Part shown: positions 42,351-52,594 of the stretch, piece after piece | How the letters are laid out: each line of letters opens with the position of its first letter | Position numbering within the stretch: the stretch's first letter is position 1 | Source of the DNA: Caldisericia bacterium | GTDB taxonomy: Bacteria; Caldisericota; Caldisericia; JAAYUI01 | Direction of reading: 5' to 3' | DNA length: 64,000 nt | Assembly (NCBI GenBank): GCA_963674785.1 | Contig: OY771555.1 | Span: 1,408,001 to 1,472,000 of the forward strand | Program-made: the position numbers and the translations under genes | Notes under the pieces: model-generated | Database searches by the model: none | What the model saw: the letters and a program-made list of their open reading frames with translations, nothing else | Told to the model about the DNA's origin: nothing

Positions 42351-43211
42351 CTACTCTGAAAATCCTCCCCATTCAGAATCTTCTTCCAATTTCTCCTCAT
42401 ATTCAGTGAGTATCTTTTCTTCAAGCTTTCTTTCTTTGATTTTGTCAATCTTCGCTTTTTCTAATCTCTCCCCAGCAAGTTTGAAAAGTGGGTAGAAAAC
42501 AGTCATCTCAAGATAGAGGATGATAAGTGTAAGGATTGAAGGCCATAGAATAATTGGAAGTTCTGATAGCAGACCACTCGCAATAGCCATTATGAAAGGG
42601 AACACAAGCATCCATAGAAATAATGTCCAGTATACCTTTATAGATTTTTTTATAGATTTTGTTATGATTTGAAGAACTGGAGTATCAGTTATTGCTGCCT
42701 CGTAAACCATGAGTTTAATGAATGCAAAAATGAAAACTGATCCCAAAGTTACAACAGTTCTTATCCAACTCAGTTTACCAAACATTGGGATATACATAAG
42801 TGGAATAGCGACAATAAGAAATCCAAGAGTTAGCTGAAAAACAATCACTCCAAAAACCCTGAAATACTTTTTTATTCCAAATGAAAAGAAATTTGGGATT
42901 GGATTTGAGGAATTTTTTCTTGAATCCAACATGTAGATAAACCCGCTACAAACAAATGCGCTTATTAAAACTTCAATTACCCTGAAAGTGTATATCCAAG
43001 TTAGTTGGTCTTTGGGGAAGCTCTCCATGAATTTCACAAAGATTGCAGTTGTTCCAAAAAAATTTAAATTCGGCATATATTCAGTTTTTGCGAACAAAAA
43101 GTTTACGAAGTATGGAATACACGTGATTAAAATTGCTATCAAAAATACAAGGATAACAGAAAGGATATTTCTTTTGGTGAACTCGGTTATCTCATCGACA
43201 TATTTTTTCAT
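42351..43211 (-). CDS. Membrane protein, paralog 2 of tandem array
   Basis: MKKY..I.E, YEAA, KVYW.L, FYPLFKLAGERL..EWGGFSE. Confidence 0.75.
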   Translation of the reverse strand: MKKYVDEITEFTKRNILSVILVFLIAILITCIPYFVNFLFAKTEYMPNLNFFGTTAIFVKFMESFPKDQLTWIYTFRVIEVLISAFVCSGFIYMLDSRKNSSNPIPNFFSFGIKKYFRVFGVIVFQLTLGFLIVAIPLMYIPMFGKLSWIRTVVTLGSVFIFAFIKLMVYEAAITDTPVLQIITKSIKKSIKVYWTLFLWMLVFPFIMAIASGLLSELPIILWPSILTLIILYLEMTVFYPLFKLAGERLEKAKIDKIKERKLEEKILTEYEEKLEEDSEWGGFSE

Positions 43212-44205
43212 GTTGCTTCTCCCTTATGCTTTCTGGACTTTTCTCCGAAAACCCAGACCACTCATTTTTTAAACTATCGTCATCATCTTCGCCTTCTTCA
43301 TCATCATTCTTGTTTTCATAATCATCGAGGATTTTTGCTTCAAGCCTATTTGCTTCAAGTTTGTCAATTCTTTCCTTCTTCAATCTGTCACCGGCCAGCT
43401 CGTAAAGTGGGTAGAAAACAAAGGCAGTAAGATACATTGAGAAGAAGTGAAGTCCAAATAGCAAGATGTAATATAAGTAGATGTTTATCGAAGCTGTGAA
43501 TACTATTCCAATTAGAAGAACTACAATCATTATTGACCAAAGGAGTAATTGCCAGTAAACCTTTTTTCCTTTGTTGAAGGCGTTTTTTATCCACTCGGAG
43601 ACTGTTGTATTTTTATCAAGAGCAGCTTCAAATGTGATAAAATATGTTAGCATCATACCTGAAATAATAATGATTATTGCAGCAAGCGATAAGATAATTG
43701 CAAGGATTGCCAATATCATAAATGCTGAGGAGAATGGATACTCTACCATTTCAATGAAAACATTTGGAATAAGAACAAGGATCATCGCAGCAAGCATGTA
43801 TAGGAAAATCATGAGATATTGCATGAATGTTGCTCCAATCATTCTGCCCCATTTTGCTTTGCAGTTATCAAGGAAATAGCTGATGTATGAATCTTTGTCG
43901 TCTTGTTTACCCTTTTTTAAATATGTTAAAAACCCACCCTCAACAAATGCAGAGAGTATAATGGTAATAACTGTTCCGGCAAGGGAAAGTAGTATGGTAG
44001 TTCCATTGATTGCTGGAGTTGAAAATGGTTCAGCAGAATCAGGATTTAAAGCGGAGAAAAACCTCTCAGCAGGATTTGTATTTGACAAAAGACTATCTGA
44101 AATTGATCCTGCTAAAATGATAGTGGCGGAGATAAAAAGAATCCAGAAAAACGCCTTTTTGTTATGATTTACAAGTTCTGTTATTTTTGATATATACTTT
44201 TTCAT
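43192..44205 (-). CDS. Membrane protein, paralog 1 of tandem array
   Basis: WGRMIGA, FEAA, KGKKVYW, FYPLYELAGDRL..EWSGFSE. Confidence 0.75.
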   Translation of the reverse strand: MKKYISKITELVNHNKKAFFWILFISATIILAGSISDSLLSNTNPAERFFSALNPDSAEPFSTPAINGTTILLSLAGTVITIILSAFVEGGFLTYLKKGKQDDKDSYISYFLDNCKAKWGRMIGATFMQYLMIFLYMLAAMILVLIPNVFIEMVEYPFSSAFMILAILAIILSLAAIIIIISGMMLTYFITFEAALDKNTTVSEWIKNAFNKGKKVYWQLLLWSIMIVVLLIGIVFTASINIYLYYILLFGLHFFSMYLTAFVFYPLYELAGDRLKKERIDKLEANRLEAKILDDYENKNDDEEGEDDDDSLKNEWSGFSEKSPESIREKQHEKICR

Positions 44206-44212
44206 GTTTAGG

Positions 44213-44241
44213 ATAGTAATTATTGTTTTGGTTTAAGTCAA
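44213..44241 (-). promoter_or_regulatory. Leaderless-type sigma70 promoter
   Basis: TTGACT-17-TACTAT, then 7 nt to ATG 44205. Confidence 0.6.
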
Positions 44242-44340
44242 ATGTAATAAAAATCAATTTTGATTTGAATGATGAAATATGTCTTTATCAATTAATCATT
44301 CTTGACCTGAGTGAAATTCGAGTATATCTTTTTATCTCGT

Positions 44341-44427
44341 GCCGGAGTGGCGAAATTGGTAGACGCACGGGACTTAAAATCCCGCGGTGGCGACACCGTG
44401 CCGGTTCGAGTCCGGCCTCCGGTACCA
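44341..44427 (+). tRNA. tRNA-Leu(TAA)
   Basis: GCCGGAG/CTCCGGT acceptor; CGGGA-CTTAAAA-TCCCG; long variable arm; CCA. Confidence 0.96.
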
Positions 44428-44440
44428 CTCGAACCAAAAC

Positions 44441-44471
44441 AAAAAGCCTCAACAGATGTTGAGGCTTTTTT
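44441..44471. terminator. Bidirectional intrinsic terminator
   Basis: AAAAAGCCTCAAC-AGAT-GTTGAGGCTTTTTT. Confidence 0.88.
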
Positions 44472-44499
44472 ATATTTTGAAAGACTTATAAAATTTTCT

Positions 44500-45717
44500 T
44501 TATTTCAATACTTCTTTGATCATTGTAACAGTTTTTGTTGTGGCATCCCATTCAATCTCACAATTAAGAGCCTCACCCAAAAATCTGAATGGAAGCATTG
44601 TTCTTCCATTTACGATCTGTGGTGGAACATCAAGTGTCTGAATAGCTCCGTTTACAACAGCGGTTGTTGAACCGATCTGAAGAGAGATTGTGTCGCCATC
44701 AAGAGAAATGTTTGCTGTTTTTGTTTCGTCAATCCATTCGACCTCGGCACCAAAAGCCTCACCGATGAATCTAAGTGGAACAACTGTTCTTCCGTCGATG
44801 ATTGCAGCTGGTGTGTCAAGTTTGGTTACTTCGTCGTTTATGTAGGCAATATCTGAACCAATCTGAATTTTTACAACAGTTCTTGTCCAAATGTCGAACT
44901 CCTTTTCAAGGGTGGAGGTGTTTCCCACCCTGTCAACTGCTTCAACTACAAGCTTATTGTTGCCAAGAGTTACTGGTATTTCTGCTACAAAAATGTCATT
45001 TACAACTGTTGCCTTGACTCCGTTGACTGTAACTTCTGATCCTGGTTCAACTCTTCCTTTGATCATAACTGTTTCAACATCAACGTAGTGTTCTTCCTCA
45101 ACTTTTGTTTCCAAGAACATTGTTGGACTCTGAGTGTCTAGCTCAACTTCGAATTGCTCTGTGGTTGTTGCGTAACCATTGCTTGCTTTGACGATGATTG
45201 TGTTTACGCCTTCATGAAGAGCTATCGTAGCTGAGAACCTTCCTTCTTTGTCAACAACAGCCTTCACCTGGTTAACATAGACTTCTGCACCTGGGCTTGT
45301 TGTGCCTGTCACAGTGAGCTGTTTTTTGTTTGTTGGCGTTACTTGAGGGTCAATCCCCATTGTTGGTGGAGATTTGTCAGCATAGACTCTTATCTCGGTT
45401 TCAGTACCCATCATACCGTCGTAAGTTGCGGTAACCTGAATTTTACCTGTCTCAGTTGGTGTGACAAGGAATGTTACCTCGCCCTTATCGTTGGTGTATT
45501 TGTGCATATTTACGCCACATCCAACCATTACTACCTCTGCATTACCTACAAGTCTTCCTGTTCCAAACTCCCTTACAATCACAATCACATTAGATGATCT
45601 TCCCTGAAGCAACCTTCCATCAGGAATGATTATCTCACTTGACTGGGCGTTTACAAAAGCTGGCATTATAAGCACGACGATGAGAAGTGCTGTTATTACT
45701 GATATTACTTTCTTCAT
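44500..45717 (-). CDS. Secreted Ig-like protein with C-terminal copper-amine-oxidase-N (stalk) domain
   Basis: Signal peptide; RTVVPLRFIGEAFGAEVEW and RTMLPFRF.GEAL repeats. Confidence 0.85.
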   Translation of the reverse strand: MKKVISVITALLIVVLIMPAFVNAQSSEIIIPDGRLLQGRSSNVIVIVREFGTGRLVGNAEVVMVGCGVNMHKYTNDKGEVTFLVTPTETGKIQVTATYDGMMGTETEIRVYADKSPPTMGIDPQVTPTNKKQLTVTGTTSPGAEVYVNQVKAVVDKEGRFSATIALHEGVNTIIVKASNGYATTTEQFEVELDTQSPTMFLETKVEEEHYVDVETVMIKGRVEPGSEVTVNGVKATVVNDIFVAEIPVTLGNNKLVVEAVDRVGNTSTLEKEFDIWTRTVVKIQIGSDIAYINDEVTKLDTPAAIIDGRTVVPLRFIGEAFGAEVEWIDETKTANISLDGDTISLQIGSTTAVVNGAIQTLDVPPQIVNGRTMLPFRFLGEALNCEIEWDATTKTVTMIKEVLK

Positions 45718-45762
45718 TTCATCCTCCTTTATCACTTATACGGTTTAGGGGTATGTTTGGTT

Positions 45763-46572
45763 CTAAATGAAATTATACTTTTGAGGTTTTCTATTTTCAA
45801 AGATTGAAATCGAATTGATGCCCATCTCCTGGAGTCTTTCAATGGCGACTTTAACACCCCTTGAGATATGCTCAGGTTTATGTGAATCTGAGCCGATTGT
45901 CAGGTGTTTTCCGCCTCGTTCAAAAAACCATTCCACAGTCTTCATGTCTGGGAAAGTATCTTCTGGGCTTTGAAAAAGCCCAGAACAATTGATTTCAATT
46001 CCTTTATCTCTTCCGATTATAACTTCAAGAATGTCACAGATAACGCTTTTGAAATCTGAGGAGTTATATCTATAACCTTCAAGGATTGAAAATCTTTTTA
46101 CGATATCGAAGTGACCAATAACATCAAACGATCCCCTTTCGGCAAACCCCGAAAGCGAATCGAAATACACGCCAAAAGAACTTTTTCTATATTTGTCGAA
46201 ATACTTTTTGTAAGAGGAACCACCAGAAAACCCAAGTCCATCAATCTCATGCAGCGAACCGATCATGAAATCAAGATTTTCAAGTAATTCCAATTCGGAA
46301 TCTATTGTTTCGTGAAACTCCTCTTGATAACCAAGTTCAATTCCTCTTATCAGTTTGCATTTGTTATTGGTCTCAATTTTTTTAAGGGTTTCATTGATTT
46401 TGTTGATTGCTATCTTTTTGTCAAAATCTCTGTTGTGTGATTCGTAATCCAGGTGGTCAGTAAAAGCGATTACCGGTAAACCCAGTTCAACCGCCTTGTT
46501 GTAATGTTCTTGTGGGTCTCCTTTTCCATCAGGTGAAAGGTTTGTATGGATGTGTTGATCAGTCAGTTTCAT
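45763..46572 (-). CDS. PHP-family phosphatase (histidinol-phosphatase HisK/HisJ-like)
   Basis: DQHIHT..S.DG, FTDH, GSLH, GHFD, GSDSH. Confidence 0.85.
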   Translation of the reverse strand: MKLTDQHIHTNLSPDGKGDPQEHYNKAVELGLPVIAFTDHLDYESHNRDFDKKIAINKINETLKKIETNNKCKLIRGIELGYQEEFHETIDSELELLENLDFMIGSLHEIDGLGFSGGSSYKKYFDKYRKSSFGVYFDSLSGFAERGSFDVIGHFDIVKRFSILEGYRYNSSDFKSVICDILEVIIGRDKGIEINCSGLFQSPEDTFPDMKTVEWFFERGGKHLTIGSDSHKPEHISRGVKVAIERLQEMGINSISIFENRKPQKYNFI

Positions 46573-47524
46573 TTTTCTTCAGATCAATATTTTCGATTGC
46601 AGTTGCTATCAGGTTTAGTCCTTCGGTCTCCATGATGTAACAGTCATTGATTAAATCTTTGGCTTCTTTGATGTCTGGATATGGATATTCTTCATCTTTG
46701 TTTGGGAATGGAAACAAATTCGAGAGTGTAATAAGTTTTGCGTGAACCTGAGCGAACCTTTCCGATGCTCTCAAGAGTAGATTCTGAGGAACGTCTTTAA
46801 ATGTTTTTGCGGTCTCAGCAAGGTATAGTGTAGCTGAACGTCTTGCCTGCAAAAGAATTCTTATATATTGAGCATTACCAAACAAATTAAAGTTCTTATC
46901 GAGCTCATCGCTCCATTTTTTATATGCGGTTATTCCCTGGAAAGGATGCATGCTGGATGCTGTAGGTGGTTTATCTAGCAGACCTATTGAAACAGCGGCT
47001 CTCAGGGACAACATGTCTGATAACTTCTTATCAATATCAATTTTGTTGATTGGGAATACTGCAAAGACGGTTGCAATGTCTCCGCCACCAAAATCTGTTT
47101 TATGAATTTTCTTTTTTCCAGAAATCCCATTTATCAAAAGTGAATCTTTTTCAAATCCGGTAACAAGTGCAAATTCAAAACTTTCCCAAATCAGTACAGG
47201 TTTCCTGTTCTCGATGCTTTTGATTATTCTTCCCCAGGTATGCTCTCTGTATTCATCAAAGCAGTTTTGTCCTTTCCATGCAAGAACTATTTCTACTGTT
47301 AATCCAAGTCTGTCAAAAGCGGATTGGTAGGTATCATACCAGTGAAAACTAGAATTGAAAGCCCCTGGTAATAGTTCATCCCAGGAAGCATTTCTGAATG
47401 CGAAACCAGAAATAGCATCAACTTCAATCTCTGTTTTTTCCAGGCCAAGGTAGCTGACAAGGGAATGGATAAAACTGGATGCTGTCAACCATTTTTGTTT
47501 TTCTGGAATATCAAGGGATATCAT
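46559..47524 (-). CDS. Hypothetical protein
   Basis: 321-aa ORF coupled to neighbours; SGFAF and I..SI....PV..W segments. Confidence 0.7.
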   Translation of the reverse strand: MISLDIPEKQKWLTASSFIHSLVSYLGLEKTEIEVDAISGFAFRNASWDELLPGAFNSSFHWYDTYQSAFDRLGLTVEIVLAWKGQNCFDEYREHTWGRIIKSIENRKPVLIWESFEFALVTGFEKDSLLINGISGKKKIHKTDFGGGDIATVFAVFPINKIDIDKKLSDMLSLRAAVSIGLLDKPPTASSMHPFQGITAYKKWSDELDKNFNLFGNAQYIRILLQARRSATLYLAETAKTFKDVPQNLLLRASERFAQVHAKLITLSNLFPFPNKDEEYPYPDIKEAKDLINDCYIMETEGLNLIATAIENIDLKKNETD

Positions 47525-48305
47525 ATATCAACCAGTTGCCATTAGATCCTTCAAGGGTAATCCACACCATCCCTGTTTCTTTGTACTCCCATTCAATCAC
47601 TTCAACATCTGGGTTGTCTCTTGCTTTTCTCTCCATCTCCATCAACTCACTTGGACTAAGGTTTTTCGTGTTAACATTGGAATCGGTTTTTTCTTTAACA
47701 AAAAAGCCAAGAAGTTTGCATCCGATTTTTATAAGCGGATTTTCACCCAGATCATTGAGACTTATAGATTGGATATTAAGATCAGTTACCTTCATGTTTG
47801 AAGAAGCCTCTGAATTCATGGATTCAAATGTTTCTGGATTGCAATATTTTGAGAATGTCGCTCCTTTTTTGTGAAGGAGCTCGAATGCGGGTTTAAACTC
47901 TCGATTTGACATTGCCGAATAGTATGCCTCAACACTGGAGACAGGATCGGTTTCAATTCCATATTTGTTATTCAGAATCTCAAAAAATTCTTTTTCTGAG
48001 ATGATTCCAGATTCTTCACTTCTGTATTCAACTTCGTTCTTTTCGTTAAGAATCTTTGACTTTTCTTCAATGTATTCTTCTGTGAGTGCTTTGTTTGTTT
48101 TTGAAAGCTCGTACAGGGTCTTGTATTCTTCGGGTTTCTCGGTTTTCATATGTTCCATAAAGTCTACCGAGTCTTTGAAAACCTGACCAGTTTCATCATC
48201 AGTAATCATACCTTTTGGTTCAGCAACCTTGACACCCCCAGCACACGACGCAAGGAAAACAGCTACCATTACTACACAAACAGTTATAATACTTCTTTTA
48301 GTCAT
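47511..48305 (-). CDS. Lipoprotein, hypothetical
   Basis: LASC lipobox. Confidence 0.75.
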   Translation of the reverse strand: MTKRSIITVCVVMVAVFLASCAGGVKVAEPKGMITDDETGQVFKDSVDFMEHMKTEKPEEYKTLYELSKTNKALTEEYIEEKSKILNEKNEVEYRSEESGIISEKEFFEILNNKYGIETDPVSSVEAYYSAMSNREFKPAFELLHKKGATFSKYCNPETFESMNSEASSNMKVTDLNIQSISLNDLGENPLIKIGCKLLGFFVKEKTDSNVNTKNLSPSELMEMERKARDNPDVEVIEWEYKETGMVWITLEGSNGNWLIYDIP

Positions 48306-48399
48306 TACTTCCTCTTTTTGTTCTGTATTTATGACTCATACACAGGACAACTCTTTTTGCTTCAATCAATACTTCATACTAAAATTTTTGAGTGATTGT

Positions 48400-48957
48400 T
48401 CAAGGAAGTTTGAAAATTCTAGGTTTTGCGATTCTTTGACCAACAACTTTGCCAAAGTTCCTTTTGAGTTGGTAAGAGTTCATTGAAAGGATTTTTGTAT
48501 CGAATGATGATTGCATCTTCCATTTTTTTGCAATGATGTCTACCTGTTTTTCGAAATTTGCTTTTCTTCCGGAGTGGGCAAATGTTCTTCCTCGGAACCT
48601 TCTAATGTCGCCATCAAATTTCTCAGAGATGTGCCACAGTTCGTGGATAATTGTGTGAATCTTTCCGTCTAGTGGGAGATTGATGAATCTTGGATACATA
48701 AAACTCAATATGTATAACATCGTCATCCCATTTATGATGAGTGGGGGAATTTCGTAAAGGAAACCGTTTTTTGAAGTTACGGTTGAACCACCCTCAAATC
48801 TGAGAGGGGTGAGAGAGGCAAGTAATCCACTTGCACTATTGTTTCTGGTTTTTGAAAAACTAATCGCAACTTTGCTAATATTAATATGTGCCAACTCTGG
48901 TCTGAGCTGGCACATATCTTTAATTATGTCTCTTAAGTAAGAATTATAATCTATCAA
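48400..48957 (-). CDS. Putative zinc metallopeptidase
   Basis: IIHELWHI HExxH motif. Confidence 0.7.
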   Translation of the reverse strand: MIDYNSYLRDIIKDMCQLRPELAHINISKVAISFSKTRNNSASGLLASLTPLRFEGGSTVTSKNGFLYEIPPLIINGMTMLYILSFMYPRFINLPLDGKIHTIIHELWHISEKFDGDIRRFRGRTFAHSGRKANFEKQVDIIAKKWKMQSSFDTKILSMNSYQLKRNFGKVVGQRIAKPRIFKLP

Positions 48958-50405
48958 TCTTCTTCAGGTGTCCAAACTAGTTTTGGCTTCCTCGCAGCAA
49001 GAGTCTCATCAACTCTTGAAACTTCAGTTGTAAAAGGTGCTTCGTGGAAATCAAATTCACCCTTTTTCGCCTCGTCAAATATTGCTCTCATGGCATCTAT
49101 GAACGAGTCAATTGTCTCTTTGCTTTCAGTTTCAGTCGGCTCGATCATAATTGCTTCATCAACGATGAGTGGGAAGTAGTTTGTTGGTGGATGGAAACCG
49201 TAATCCATGAGTCTTTTTGAGACATCAAGAGTTTTTACCCCAAATTCTTTAAGTGATGAACCACTTAAAACGCATTCGTGCATACAGATTCCAGGGTATC
49301 CTTCTGGATAGAGGTCATTAAGTTTTGCTCTGACATAGTTTGCGGAAATAATTGCATTTTCGCTGGCTTTTCTTAGACCCTCTGCCCCCATGATTCTATT
49401 GTAACAATAGGCTTTAACAACAACGAGGAAATGTCCCCAGCTTGCCATAATTCTGCCGATTGTTTTTGGGCGGTTGAATTCAAATTTGTAGTCGTCCCCA
49501 TCTTTAACAACAATAGGTGTGGGAAGGAATGGCTCAAGCTCTTTTTTTACACCGACTGGTGCTGCTCCTGGGCCACCACCACCATGTGGAGTTGAGAATG
49601 TTTTGTGAAGATTAAGATGAATTACATCGAATCCAAAATCACCTGGTCTGCTTATACCCATAAGAGCGTTTAAGTTTGCTCCATCGTAATACAGAAGTCC
49701 ACCTTTTTCGTGAACTATATCTGAGATTTCGAGGGTGTTTCTATCGAAAATACCGAGAGTATTTGGGTTTGTGAGCATTAGACCGGCAACTGTTTCATCC
49801 ATTTTTGATTTAAGATCAGCTACATCAACACCGCCATGATCATCTGATTTTACGGTGATTACCTCAAATCCAGCAGATGCTGCTGATGCTGGATTTGTGC
49901 CATGAGCTGAGTCTGGAATCAAAACTTTGGTTCTTTTGGTATCGCCCTTATCAAGGTGATATGCCTTGATAATACTCATTCCTGTCCATTCCCCATGAGC
50001 GCCTGCAGCAGGAATCATTGTGAAGGCATCCATTCCTGTAATGTCGCAGTAATCTTTTTCCAGTTCATGTAAGAGTTTTAATGCGCCCTGGCATCCGCTT
50101 GGGTGAACATCTGGATGAATGTCGGCGAAGCTCTTGAGACCTGCAATCTCTTCGTTGATTTTTGGATTGTATTTCATGGTGCATGAACCAAGCGGATAGA
50201 ATCCGTTATCAACACCGTAGTTCATCTTTGCACAGTTGGTGTAATGTCTTGCGACCTCAGATTCGGTTACTTCGGGAAGATTTGGTTCATGTTCGCAAAC
50301 AAGTTCTTCTGGAAGTTTTGTGTGCGGGACATCATTTCTTGGAAGAGAGTATCCGATCTTGCCGGGTTTTGAGATTTCAAATAGATATTTATTGTCCATC
50401 TTCAT
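48954..50405 (-). CDS. gcvPB: Glycine dehydrogenase (decarboxylating) subunit 2
   Basis: PLGSCTMKYNP, AHGTNPAS, NLHKTFSTPHGGGGPG (PLP Lys). Confidence 0.97.
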   Translation of the reverse strand: MKMDNKYLFEISKPGKIGYSLPRNDVPHTKLPEELVCEHEPNLPEVTESEVARHYTNCAKMNYGVDNGFYPLGSCTMKYNPKINEEIAGLKSFADIHPDVHPSGCQGALKLLHELEKDYCDITGMDAFTMIPAAGAHGEWTGMSIIKAYHLDKGDTKRTKVLIPDSAHGTNPASAASAGFEVITVKSDDHGGVDVADLKSKMDETVAGLMLTNPNTLGIFDRNTLEISDIVHEKGGLLYYDGANLNALMGISRPGDFGFDVIHLNLHKTFSTPHGGGGPGAAPVGVKKELEPFLPTPIVVKDGDDYKFEFNRPKTIGRIMASWGHFLVVVKAYCYNRIMGAEGLRKASENAIISANYVRAKLNDLYPEGYPGICMHECVLSGSSLKEFGVKTLDVSKRLMDYGFHPPTNYFPLIVDEAIMIEPTETESKETIDSFIDAMRAIFDEAKKGEFDFHEAPFTTEVSRVDETLAARKPKLVWTPEED

Positions 50406-51718
50406 TTTGTCACCTCTGAAAGTGCAAAAACAAAGTCTTCAATGGATTTCTTTGTATTCATTTCTGTTGCCGATAGGATAAGCATTCCTTCACTTAAAAT
50501 GTCCTGGATTACATAACCCTTATCGAGCATTTTTTTCTGAAGGTCTTTTGTGTTCCCCGCTATCTTGATTGTGAATTCATTGAAGAATGGGTTTTTGTTA
50601 ACAAGTTCAAAACCTCTCTCCTGGCATTTCTCAGCCAAATAATGAGCCTTGTCAAAACTCTGAATTGCGACTTCTCTAAGACCTTTTTTACCCATAAGTG
50701 AAAGATAGATAACAGCTCTGAGCATCGCGTTTCCATTGTTTGTACAGATATTGGATGTTGCCTTCTCTCGTCTGATGTCCTGCTCTCTTGGCCTTAAGGT
50801 AAGTGTGAGTGTTCTGTTGCCATGTCGGTCAACACTTTCCCCAACAATTCTTCCTGGCAGTTTTCTCATGAAGATTTTATCGGTTGCCATGAATCCGAGG
50901 TGTGGTCCGCCAAATCCCATATGATTACCAAATGATTGAGCCTCACCACAGCAGATATCAACACCCATATCGCCAGGTTTTTTAAGAAGTCCGAGTGCAG
51001 CTGCTTCAGTGATAACATGAACAAACACAGAACTTTTCTTCTCGGCAGCTAGTGTTTCCAAATCCTCGATTGTGCCGAGATAGTTAGGACTCTGGACAAT
51101 TATACAGGCCGATTCATCAGCGATTTTTTTGATTTCATCGGTATTTGTTCTATCTCCATCTGCTTCGATAAAGGCGATCTCAAATCCGATGTTTTTTGCA
51201 AATGATTTGAGCGTTTCAATATATGCTGGGTGCATGAGCTTTGAGACAGCGATTTTGTTTATTCTCTTGTGGCTGCATGCCATTCTTGCTGCCTCACAAA
51301 CTGCAGTTGCCCCATCATAAAGGGAGGCATTTGCAACATCCAATCCAGTGAGGTTTGATATACACGTTTGCCACTCAAAAATTGCGGTAAGTGTTCCCTG
51401 CGACAGCTCCGGCTGATAAGGGGTGTATGCAGTAATAAGTTCTGGTAGTGATGCTAAATGATCAACGGCACTTGGAATGTAATGATTGAATGCTACTCCG
51501 CCAGCAAAGCACTCAGTTTCATCAGGATTGTAATTCTGGCTTGCAAGCTTCTCGATATGTCTTCTAAGTTCTGTTTCAGAGAGAGGATCTGGCAGATTGA
51601 GACTCCTCTTAAGTTTGATGTCTTCTGGGATTGAAGCAATCAAATCATCAAACTTATCAACTCCAATGATACCAAGCATTTCTTTGATATCATCTGGTGT
51701 AAGTGGTAAGTAATGCAT
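50402..51718 (-). CDS. gcvPA: Glycine dehydrogenase (decarboxylating) subunit 1
   Basis: TAYTPYQPE.SQG, NASLYDG, REQDIRREKATSNICT. Confidence 0.97.
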   Translation of the reverse strand: MHYLPLTPDDIKEMLGIIGVDKFDDLIASIPEDIKLKRSLNLPDPLSETELRRHIEKLASQNYNPDETECFAGGVAFNHYIPSAVDHLASLPELITAYTPYQPELSQGTLTAIFEWQTCISNLTGLDVANASLYDGATAVCEAARMACSHKRINKIAVSKLMHPAYIETLKSFAKNIGFEIAFIEADGDRTNTDEIKKIADESACIIVQSPNYLGTIEDLETLAAEKKSSVFVHVITEAAALGLLKKPGDMGVDICCGEAQSFGNHMGFGGPHLGFMATDKIFMRKLPGRIVGESVDRHGNRTLTLTLRPREQDIRREKATSNICTNNGNAMLRAVIYLSLMGKKGLREVAIQSFDKAHYLAEKCQERGFELVNKNPFFNEFTIKIAGNTKDLQKKMLDKGYVIQDILSEGMLILSATEMNTKKSIEDFVFALSEVTK

Positions 51719-51732
51719 TTTTGTTACTCTGC

Positions 51733-52098
51733 TCAGTCGTGTGAGTTTGCGTAATCTTCTGGAGAAAGCAAGTTATCGAGTTCTGATGGATTGAGGATTT
51801 TTACTTTTACAACCCATCCCTCGTCCTCAGCCGATCTGTTGACGATTCCAGGTTCTGATGTAAGAGCTTCATTAAATTCAATAACCTCAGCAGTTATTGG
51901 TGAGTAAACATCTGTTGCTGCTTTTACCGATTCGATGGCGGTTAAAATTCCACCTTTGTCGAGTTTTTTACCTGCTGGAATTTCTTCAATAAAAATGAGG
52001 TCTCCAAGCTGTTCTTGTGCGTAATCACTGATCCCAATGATGGCTGTATCACCATCTACTTTAATGTATTCATCTGTTTTTGTATAGAGAGTCTTCAT
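51733..52098 (-). CDS. gcvH: Glycine cleavage system H protein (canonical)
   Basis: GISDYAQEQLGD, IESVKA lipoyl-Lys; GGAGGAG RBS before 52098. Confidence 0.93.
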   Translation of the reverse strand: MKTLYTKTDEYIKVDGDTAIIGISDYAQEQLGDLIFIEEIPAGKKLDKGGILTAIESVKAATDVYSPITAEVIEFNEALTSEPGIVNRSAEDEGWVVKVKILNPSELDNLLSPEDYANSHD

Positions 52099-52120
52099 TT
52101 CTCCTCCTTTATTTCTTTGT

Positions 52121-52489
52121 CTAACCGAGTTCGGCAAGACTGCTTATTCCAGGAATTGTACATCTTATTATCCAGCCTTCATCTTCTGGGCTACCACAGG
52201 CAAGTTCTGGTTTTTTGTTTAGTTTTGTGTTGAATTTATTTACCTGCCCAGTTACAGGTGATTTAAAAGCCCAATCACCTTTTTTGCTGGTTTCTATAAT
52301 CCCAATCACACCACCTTTGGAGATAACTTTCCCCATTGGAATCTGATCAACGAATGTAATATCGCCAAGCTCAGAAATAACAGAGGATTTGATACCGATA
52401 TAAAATTCTGAATCGACAATACCAACCCAACAGTCATCTATTTCTATATATTCATTTATACTCATATCAATATGGGATTCTATTTTCAT
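52121..52489 (-). CDS. GcvH-like paralog (divergent)
   Basis: LGDITFV, IETSKKG, SPVTG.V...N..L..PE...PEDEGW. Confidence 0.8.
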   Translation of the reverse strand: MKIESHIDMSINEYIEIDDCWVGIVDSEFYIGIKSSVISELGDITFVDQIPMGKVISKGGVIGIIETSKKGDWAFKSPVTGQVNKFNTKLNKKPELACGSPEDEGWIIRCTIPGISSLAELG

Positions 52490-52565
52490 ACAGTATAACA
52501 GTCAAGGATGAAAGGGTTCAGGTTCTATGCTGATTGATTATTGATATTTCTGTCTTTTGACATTG

Positions 52566-52594
52566 TTGACGAACGGGTGCTGTGGCGTTAGAAT
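52566..52594 (+). promoter_or_regulatory. Sigma70-like promoter of the GcvH-like/radical SAM operon
   Basis: TTGACG-17-TAGAAT, followed by AAGGAGGA RBS at 52613. Confidence 0.65.

Noticed and set aside
26664-44670. ORFs overlapping tRNA genes (26664-27281, 28802-29116, 38753-39117, 44223-44670)
   Set aside because: Spurious translations of tRNA sequence or antisense to real genes
48400-48957. HExxH peptidase as the protease releasing the repeat peptide
   Set aside because: It sits at the distal end of the oppositely oriented gcv operon; no evidence of linkage
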